Below are positions 54,922 through 64,000 of a DNA stretch of 64,000 nucleotides, piece by piece (the first letter of the stretch is position 1; the number at the start of each line of letters is the position of its first letter). This stretch comes from Escherichia coli (GTDB lineage Bacteria; Pseudomonadota; Gammaproteobacteria; Enterobacterales; Enterobacteriaceae). Both the position numbers and the translations under genes were made by a program. A model generated the notes under the pieces. That model ran no database searches. It saw only the letters and a program-made list of their open reading frames with translations, and was not told where the DNA came from. The stretch is taken from NCBI RefSeq assembly GCF_041886205.1, contig NZ_CP169029.1. One strand, given 5' to 3'.

Positions 54922-55331
54922 ATTAGGGGCTATTCCATTTCATCGTCCAACAAAATGGGTGCAGTACAGGGTTGATAGAAATATCTCCTGGGGCTTCATC
55001 TTTCCAGACCTCAGAGTAAACCTGAAACCGGAAAGCTTCAGGCACCCGCCGTTATCTTACCCTTCCTCAACAAAATAGCTGTTTATTTATACAGTAAATC
55101 CTGTTTCGGACTTCTCACTCCTCATTTAATCAACTGAAGCTGAACCCGTTTTTTCTGCATGCCTCAATCGTCAAAATTCTTCGCCGCCAGCCAGCTAAGA
55201 CGCAACTGGTCACATTGCAAAAGTAGCCAAATTACTTCAGTCACCATCACCAAAAAAAAGAAACATTCCAGAACTTCCGCATCTCGCCCAGCCGCTCCCA
55301 CTTCTATACTGAATGGAAAACGCCAACATAA

Positions 55332-56459
<1,128 letters not shown>

Positions 56460-56524
56460 GCCGGGAATTGCCTTACAGAAGAATATCCCTGACAATGGTG
56501 TTTTAACTTACATTTAACAATGTT

Positions 56525-56773
56525 ATGAAACACCCTTTAGAAACCTTGACTACCGCAGCAGGCATTTTGCTGATGGCTTTCCTCTCTTGCCTGCTGCTGC
56601 CCGCCCCCGCACTGGGGCTGACGCTGGCACAAAAACTGGTGACCATGTTCCATCTGATGGATCTTAGCCAGCTTTACACTTTATTGTTTTGTCTGTGGTT
56701 TTTAGTGCTGGGCGCTATTGAGTATTTTGTTCTGCGCTTTATCTGGCGACGCTGGTTCTCGCTGGCGGATTAA
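56525..56773 (+). CDS. ybdJ: small inner-membrane protein YbdJ
   Basis: 82-aa [33 protein letters not shown]... Confidence 0.85.
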
Positions 56774-56837
56774 ACGTCGAATATCGCCGTACTTCGCGGC
56801 ATACTTTGCTTATTCTCCTTCGCCTAAAGGAACGTTT

Positions 56838-57206
56838 ATGGATAAGCAATCACTGCACGAAACGGCGAAACGCCTAGCCCTTGAGTTACCCTTTGTCGAG
56901 CTTTGCTGGCCTTTTGGCCCGGAGTTCGATGTTTTTAAAATTGGCGGCAAAATTTTTATGCTGTCGTCGGAGCTGCGCGGCGTCCCCTTTATCAATCTGA
57001 AGTCCGATCCACAAAAATCCCTGTTAAATCAGCAGATATACCCGAGCATTAAGCCAGGGTATCACATGAATAAAAAGCACTGGATTTCGGTGTATCCCGG
57101 CGAGGAAATCTCCGAAGCGTTACTTCGCGATCTGATCAACGATTCGTGGAATCTGGTGGTTGATGGTCTGGCTAAACGCGATCAAAAAAGAGTGCGTCCA
57201 GGCTAA
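56838..57206 (+). CDS. ybdF: uncharacterised protein YbdF
   Basis: 122-aa [33 protein letters not shown]...; ATG at 56838. Confidence 0.88.
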
Positions 57207-57299
57207 AGCGGAAATCTATAGCGCATTTTTCTCGCTTACCATTTCTCGTTGAACCTTGTAATCTGCTGGCACGCAAAATTACTTTCACATGGAGTCTTT

Positions 57300-57953
57300 A
57301 TGGATATCATTTCTGTCGCCTTAAAGCGTCATTCCACTAAGGCATTTGATGCCAGTAAAAAACTTACCCCGGAACAGGCCGAGCAGATCAAAACTCTCCT
57401 GCAATACAGCCCATCCAGCACCAACTCCCAGCCGTGGCATTTTATTGTTGCCAGCACGGAAGAAGGTAAAGCGCGTGTTGCCAAATCCGCTGCCGGTAAT
57501 TATGTGTTCAACGAACGTAAAATACTTGATGCCTCGCACGTCGTGGTGTTCTGTGCAAAAACCGCGATGGACGATGCCTGGCTGAAGCTGGTTGTTGACC
57601 AGGAAGATGCTGATGGCCGCTTTGCCACGCCGGAAGCGAAAGCCGCGAACGATAAAGGTCGCAAGTTCTTCGCTGATATGCACCGTAAAGATCTGCATGA
57701 TGATGCAGAGTGGATGGCAAAACAGGTTTATCTCAACGTCGGTAACTTCCTGCTCGGCGTGGCGGCTCTGGGTCTGGACGCGGTACCCATCGAAGGTTTT
57801 GACGCCGCCATCCTCGATGCAGAATTTGGTCTGAAAGAGAAAGGCTACACCAGTCTGGTGGTTGTTCCGGTAGGTCATCACAGCGTTGAAGATTTTAACG
57901 CTACGCTGCCGAAATCACGTCTGCCGCAAAACATCACCTTAACCGAAGTGTAA
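57300..57953 (+). CDS. nfsB: oxygen-insensitive NAD(P)H nitroreductase NfsB
   Basis: 217-aa [34 protein letters not shown]... Confidence 0.95.
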   Translation: MDIISVALKRHSTKAFDASKKLTPEQAEQIKTLLQYSPSSTNSQPWHFIVASTEEGKARVAKSAAGNYVFNERKILDASHVVVFCAKTAMDDAWLKLVVDQEDADGRFATPEAKAANDKGRKFFADMHRKDLHDDAEWMAKQVYLNVGNFLLGVAALGLDAVPIEGFDAAILDAEFGLKEKGYTSLVVVPVGHHSVEDFNATLPKSRLPQNITLTEV

Positions 57954-58012
57954 TTCTCTCTTGCCGGGCATCTGCCCGGCTATTTCCCCTCAGATTCTCC
58001 TGATTTGCATAA

Positions 58013-59308
<1,296 letters not shown>

Positions 59309-59310
59309 TT

Positions 59311-59358
59311 AAAAAAACCGCTCTCATCGAATGGATGAGAGCGGACATCGTTTTGTCG
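59311..59358. terminator. bidirectional intrinsic terminator between ybdG and pheP
   Basis: A-run, hairpin CCGCTCTCATC-gaatg-GATGAGAGCGG, T-rich tail. Confidence 0.7.
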
Positions 59359-59375
59359 GATGTAGCGTGAATGCC

Positions 59376-60752
59376 TTATTTCCGACGCAGCGTTTTAAAT
59401 GCCACAAACAGGAATACAATCCACACCGGCAGCAGGATCGCTGACAAGCGCATATCATCCATCGTGCACATCAGCAGCAAAATCATGCCGAGGAAGGCAA
59501 TGCAAAGATAGTTGCCGAACGGATAGAGCAGCGCCTTAAACTGTGTTTCACGCCCCTGACGTCGCATCGCTGCACGAAAACGCAGATGCGCCAGGCAGAT
59601 CATAATCCAGTTCAACAGCAGCGTTGCTACCACCAGCGCCATCAGCAGACCAAACGCTTTTTGCGGCAGCAGATAGTTGATTAATACCACCAGCGAAGTG
59701 ATCGCTCCGGAAAGCATCAGCGAATTAATCGGCACACCGCGACGGCTGACGCGAGTCAAAAACTTCGGCGCATTACCCTGCACAGAAAGGCCAAACAGCA
59801 TGCGGCTGTTAGAGTAAACCCCGCTGTTATACACTGACAGCGATGCTACCAGAATGACAAAGTTCAGCGCAGAAGCTACCACGTTGCTGTCGAGATTATG
59901 GAAAATCATCACAAACGGGCTACTGTTGGATTTCACTTCCACCCACGGATAGAGCGCCAGTAAAACCACCAGTGAGCCGATGTAAAACAGCAGGATGCGA
60001 TACACCACCTGATTTACCGCTTTTGGAATGCTTTTTTCCGGATCGCGCGCTTCAGCGGCAGTAATCCCAATCAGCTCCAGACCGCCGAAGGAGAACATAA
60101 TTACCGCCAGCGACAAAATCAGCCCATTCCAGCCGGTGGCAAAGAAACCACCGTAGCGCCAGAGGTTGTCGATACTGGCTTTCTCGCCGCCGTGACCAGA
60201 AAACATCAGCCACAGGCCAAAGCCGATCATACCGATGATCGCCAGCACTTTAATCAGCGCAAACCAGAACTCGGTTTCACCATATAAGCGCACGTTCACC
60301 AGGTTAACGGCGTTGATGATAATAAAGAAGGCGGCAGCCCAAATCCACGTTGGAACATCCGGGAACCAGTACTGCATATAGATGCCCGCAGCGGTCAGCT
60401 CTGCCATTCCCACCAGCACGAACATTACCCAGTAGTTCCAGCCAGAGAGGAAGCCCGCAAACGGTCCCCAGTATTTATAGGCAAAGTGGGCAAATGAACC
60501 GGATACCGGCTCTTCGACCACCATCTCGCCAAGCTGGCGCATAATCAGGAAAGCGATGATCCCGGCGACGCCGTAGCCCAGCAATACAGCCGGACCCGCC
60601 ATCTGAATCGCCGGACCAATGCCAAGAAACAGACCAGTACCAATTGCGCCACCCAGCGCAATCAGTTGAATATGACGGTTATGTAATCCGCGATGAAGCG
60701 TCGGCTCTTGATTCGACGCAGTATCTTCCGATACGGTTGACGCGTTTTTCAC
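59376..60752 (-). CDS. pheP: phenylalanine-specific permease PheP (APC family)
   Basis: 458-aa ORF (GTG start) MKNASTVSEDTASNQEPTLHRGLHNRHIQLIALGG... Confidence 0.94.
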   Translation of the reverse strand: MKNASTVSEDTASNQEPTLHRGLHNRHIQLIALGGAIGTGLFLGIGPAIQMAGPAVLLGYGVAGIIAFLIMRQLGEMVVEEPVSGSFAHFAYKYWGPFAGFLSGWNYWVMFVLVGMAELTAAGIYMQYWFPDVPTWIWAAAFFIIINAVNLVNVRLYGETEFWFALIKVLAIIGMIGFGLWLMFSGHGGEKASIDNLWRYGGFFATGWNGLILSLAVIMFSFGGLELIGITAAEARDPEKSIPKAVNQVVYRILLFYIGSLVVLLALYPWVEVKSNSSPFVMIFHNLDSNVVASALNFVILVASLSVYNSGVYSNSRMLFGLSVQGNAPKFLTRVSRRGVPINSLMLSGAITSLVVLINYLLPQKAFGLLMALVVATLLLNWIMICLAHLRFRAAMRRQGRETQFKALLYPFGNYLCIAFLGMILLLMCTMDDMRLSAILLPVWIVFLFVAFKTLRRK

Positions 60753-60853
60753 GCCTTTCCCCTGTGTGTCTTTTTTGTTGAGGGGCACCTTTTAACATTT
60801 AGTGCCCATCGTCGCAAGACACAATCCACACGGTTAAACGGGGTATCCTGCTT

Positions 60854-63800
60854 TTATTTCCGTACCCGATGTCGGTGCAGCCACATCAGCTTATACGCCG
60901 CCGGGATAATAAACAGCGACAGCAAAGGTGCGGTGATCATGCCGCCAATCATCGGTGCGGCAATCCGGCTCATCACCTCTGAACCAGCCCCCGTTCCCCA
61001 CAGAATCGGCAGCAGACCGGCGATAATCACCGCCACCGTCATCGCTTTCGGGCGCACGCGCAGTACCGCGCCGTGATACAACGCCTCATCCAGCTTCTGC
61101 TCACTGAATGTTTGCGGATTATTCAACGACGGCTCGGCCTCTATGGCGTGACGTAAATACATCAGCATCACCACGCCAAATTCGGCAGCGACCCCGGCAA
61201 GGGCAATAAAACCGGTGCCCGTTGCCACAGAAAGATGAAAGCCCATCCACCACAGCAACCAGATGCCGCCCACCAGCGCAAACGGTACGCTGCTGATAAT
61301 CAGCAACGCTTCGCCCACCCGACGGAATGCCAGATACAACAGCACGAAGATGATCATCAGTGTCATCGGCACCATGAGTTTCAGCTTATGGTTGGCGCGC
61401 TCCAGTAGCTCGAACTGCCCGGAGAATGCCACGCTGGTGCCCGGTTTTAACTGCACTTTTTCAGCTATCGCTTTTTGCAAATCGTGAACCACCGACACCA
61501 TGTCACGATCGCGGGCATCGATATAAATCCAGCTCGTCGGGCGCGCATTCTCGGTTTTCAGCATCGACGGTCCGGTAGAGACTTTAATGTCGGCCACGTC
61601 TGCCAGGGTGATTTGCTGCTTCATCGGCGTCAGGATCGGCAGCTGGCGCAGTGCCTGCGGACTATCGCGCCAGCTTTGCGGATAACGCAGATTAATTGGA
61701 TAACGGGCAATCCCTTCCACCGTTTCGCCAACCATCGCCCCGCCCACCGCAGAAGTCACAAACAACTGCACATCCGCCACCGTCATACCGTAACGTGCGG
61801 CTTTTTCACGGTTAATCTCAACGTTGATATAGCGCCCACCTTCCAGCCGCTCGGCAAGCGCAGAAGCTACGCCTGGCACCGTTCGCGCCACTTCTTCAAT
61901 TTGCTCCGCCATCGCGTCGATATCCGCCAGCACAGTGCCGGAAACTTTAATGCCGATGGGGCTTTTAATGCCGGTTGAGAGCATATCGATACGGTTACGA
62001 ATTGGCGGCACCCACAGATTCGCCAGCCCCGGCAGACGCACGGTGTTATCCAGTTCCTCAATGATTTTGTCCATCGTCATGCCTGGCCGCCACTGCTCCT
62101 GCGGCTTAAGCTGGATGGTCGTTTCTACCATCTCCAGCGGAGCAGAATCGGTGGCGGTTTCCGCTTTCCCGGTTTTGCCAAATACCCGCGCCACTTCAGG
62201 TACGCTCATAATTAGCTTGTCGGTTTTTTGCAGCATACTCGCCGCCTCTGCTGCGGAAATCCCCGGCAGCGTCGATGGCATATACAACAAGTCGCCTTCA
62301 TTGATCTGCGGTAAAAATTCCCCGCCAACTTTATTGAGCGGCCAGAGAACCGTCAGCACCGAAAGCGCCGCCACCAGCAGCGTGGTTTTCGGCCAGTGCA
62401 GTACTTTCAGCAACAGCGGATGATAAACACGAATCAAAAAGCGATTGAGCGGGTTACTGCTTTCCGGCGGAATTTTGCCACGGATCCAGTAGCCCATCAG
62501 GATCGGGATCACTACGATCGCCAGCAGCGCCGCACCCGCCATCGCATACGTTTTGGTGAACGCCAACGGGCCAAACAGACGCCCTTCCTGCCCTTCCAGG
62601 GTGAAGATCGGGATAAACGACAACGTGATAATCAGCAGACTGATAAATAGCGCCGGCCCCACTTCAACAGACGCATCGGTGATCACCTGCCAGCGCGTTT
62701 TATTATCCAGCGTGGCGTCAGGATGCTGGTGCTGCCACTCTTCCAGCCGTTTATGTGCATTTTCGATCATGACGATAGCGGCATCGACCATCGCCCCGAC
62801 GGCAATCGCAATGCCGCCCAACGACATAATATTGGCATTCAGTCCCTGGAAGTGCATGACAATAAAAGCAATACACAACCCCAGCGGCAACGAAATAATC
62901 GCCACCAGCGCCGAGCGCACATGCCAGAGAAACAGCGCACAGACTACCGCCACCACAATAAACTCTTCCAGCAACTTGCCGCTGAGGTTGTCGATGGCGC
63001 GGTCAATGAGCTGGCTGCGATCGTATGTTGTAACTATCTCCACGCCTTCCGGCAGACTACTTTTCAGCGTTTCCAGTTTGTCCTTCACGGAGGCGATCAC
63101 TTCTCGGGCGTTTTTGCCGGAGCGCAGGATCACCACCCCGCCCGCCACTTCACCTTCGCCATTCAGTTCGGCAATGCCCCGGCGCATCTCCGGGCCAATC
63201 TGGACCTTCGCAACATCACGCAGATAAACGGGCACGCCATTTTCACTGGCTTTTAAAACGATGTGATTAAAGTCGTCGAGCGTTTGCAGATAGCCGCTGG
63301 CGCGCACCATATATTCCGCTTCCGCCAGTTCGATCGACGAACCGCCCGCTTCCTGGTTTGAAGCATCCAGCGCGCTTTTTACTTCGGCGAGACTGATGCC
63401 ATATTGCGCCAGGCGCTGGGGATCGATAATCACCTGATACTCTTTCACCACACCGCCCACCGACGCCACTTCCGCAACGTCAGGGATGGTTTTCAGCTCA
63501 TATTTGAGAAACCAGTCCTGCAATGAGCGTAAATCGGCAAGATCGTGCTTACCGCTGCGATCCACCAGTGCATATTCATAGATCCAGCCAACACCCGTGG
63601 CATCTGGCCCCAGCTCGGCGCTGACTCCCGCAGGCAGCTTACCCTGTACCTGGTTGAGGTACTCCAGCACCCGCGAGCGCGCCCAGTATGGATCGGTGCC
63701 ATCTTCGAAAATGACATACACATAAGAGTCGCCAAACTGTGAGAAACCGCGCACAGTCTTCGCGCCAGGCACCGACAACATCGTGGTGGTTAGCGGATAA

Positions 63801-63997
63801 GTCACCTGATTTTCAACGATTTGCGGTGCCTGACCGGGATAGCTGGTTTTAATAATCACCTGTACATCGGAGAGATCCGGCAGCGCATCCACTGGCGTGT
63901 TAATGATGGTCCAGGTGCCCCAGATACTCAGAAACAACGCGCCCATCAGTACCAGAAAACGGTTCGCCACCGAGCGACGAATAATCCATTCAATCAT
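60854..63997 (-). CDS. cusA: Cu(I)/Ag(I) efflux RND transporter CusA
   Basis: 1047-aa [32 protein letters not shown]...; complete, start 3 bp from window edge. Confidence 0.96.
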   Translation of the reverse strand: MIEWIIRRSVANRFLVLMGALFLSIWGTWTIINTPVDALPDLSDVQVIIKTSYPGQAPQIVENQVTYPLTTTMLSVPGAKTVRGFSQFGDSYVYVIFEDGTDPYWARSRVLEYLNQVQGKLPAGVSAELGPDATGVGWIYEYALVDRSGKHDLADLRSLQDWFLKYELKTIPDVAEVASVGGVVKEYQVIIDPQRLAQYGISLAEVKSALDASNQEAGGSSIELAEAEYMVRASGYLQTLDDFNHIVLKASENGVPVYLRDVAKVQIGPEMRRGIAELNGEGEVAGGVVILRSGKNAREVIASVKDKLETLKSSLPEGVEIVTTYDRSQLIDRAIDNLSGKLLEEFIVVAVVCALFLWHVRSALVAIISLPLGLCIAFIVMHFQGLNANIMSLGGIAIAVGAMVDAAIVMIENAHKRLEEWQHQHPDATLDNKTRWQVITDASVEVGPALFISLLIITLSFIPIFTLEGQEGRLFGPLAFTKTYAMAGAALLAIVVIPILMGYWIRGKIPPESSNPLNRFLIRVYHPLLLKVLHWPKTTLLVAALSVLTVLWPLNKVGGEFLPQINEGDLLYMPSTLPGISAAEAASMLQKTDKLIMSVPEVARVFGKTGKAETATDSAPLEMVETTIQLKPQEQWRPGMTMDKIIEELDNTVRLPGLANLWVPPIRNRIDMLSTGIKSPIGIKVSGTVLADIDAMAEQIEEVARTVPGVASALAERLEGGRYINVEINREKAARYGMTVADVQLFVTSAVGGAMVGETVEGIARYPINLRYPQSWRDSPQALRQLPILTPMKQQITLADVADIKVSTGPSMLKTENARPTSWIYIDARDRDMVSVVHDLQKAIAEKVQLKPGTSVAFSGQFELLERANHKLKLMVPMTLMIIFVLLYLAFRRVGEALLIISSVPFALVGGIWLLWWMGFHLSVATGTGFIALAGVAAEFGVVMLMYLRHAIEAEPSLNNPQTFSEQKLDEALYHGAVLRVRPKAMTVAVIIAGLLPILWGTGAGSEVMSRIAAPMIGGMITAPLLSLFIIPAAYKLMWLHRHRVRK

Positions 63998-64000
63998 TGG

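Larger units (their letters stand above)
53526..54968 (-). mobile_element. IS150 (IS3 family)
   Basis: 1443 bp; ends TGTACTG...CAGTACA; 3-bp GGG flanks at 53523-53525 and 54969-54971; encodes InsA/InsB. Confidence 0.93.

Noticed and set aside
59350-59387. REP-like sequence overlapping the pheP stop codon (GTCGGATGTAGCGTGAATGCCTTATTTCCGAC)
   Set aside because: Only a degenerate match to the REP consensus, and it overlaps coding sequence; a true bidirectional terminator hairpin lies immediately adjacent and explains the region.

Overview
This window reads as Escherichia coli chromosome (K-12/B-like laboratory lineage), the lipA-to-cusA segment in reverse orientation relative to the usual K-12 map. 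Gene order is lipA' - tatE - ybeM - crcB - cspE - pagP - dcuC - dpiAB - citCDEFXG-citT - rna - rnk - ybdR - uspG - ahpCF - dsbG - ybdO-ybdN-ybdM - ybdL - ybdH - ybdD-cstA - the complete enterobactin cluster (entH/A/B/E/C, fepB, entS, fepDGC, fepE, entF, ybdZ, fes, fepA, entD) - a hok/IS cluster - ybdK - ybdJ - ybdF - nfsB - ybdG - pheP - cusA. All protein calls come from recognising the supplied ORF translations; starts were trimmed to the canonical protein N-termini where the ORF track over-extends. I found no rRNA, tRNA, CRISPR array or prophage. Almost all of the window is ordinary, well-characterised core genome, and I do not see a convincing new multi-gene system. The parts that deserve a second look are: (1) the hok locus between entD and ybdK (49.98-55.15 kb), which holds two diverged tandem hok/mok toxin copies, each with an identical IS186 inserted at the same 3' site but in opposite orientations, plus an IS150 in the mok leader of the second copy; (2) a +1 frameshift that splits ybdN; (3) the AT-rich ybdO-ybdN-ybdM module; (4) an unannotated 29-codon hydrophobic ORF between rnk and ybdR; and (5) strain markers such as an intact ybeM. 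Coordinates of regulatory sites are from motif reading by eye and are approximate.
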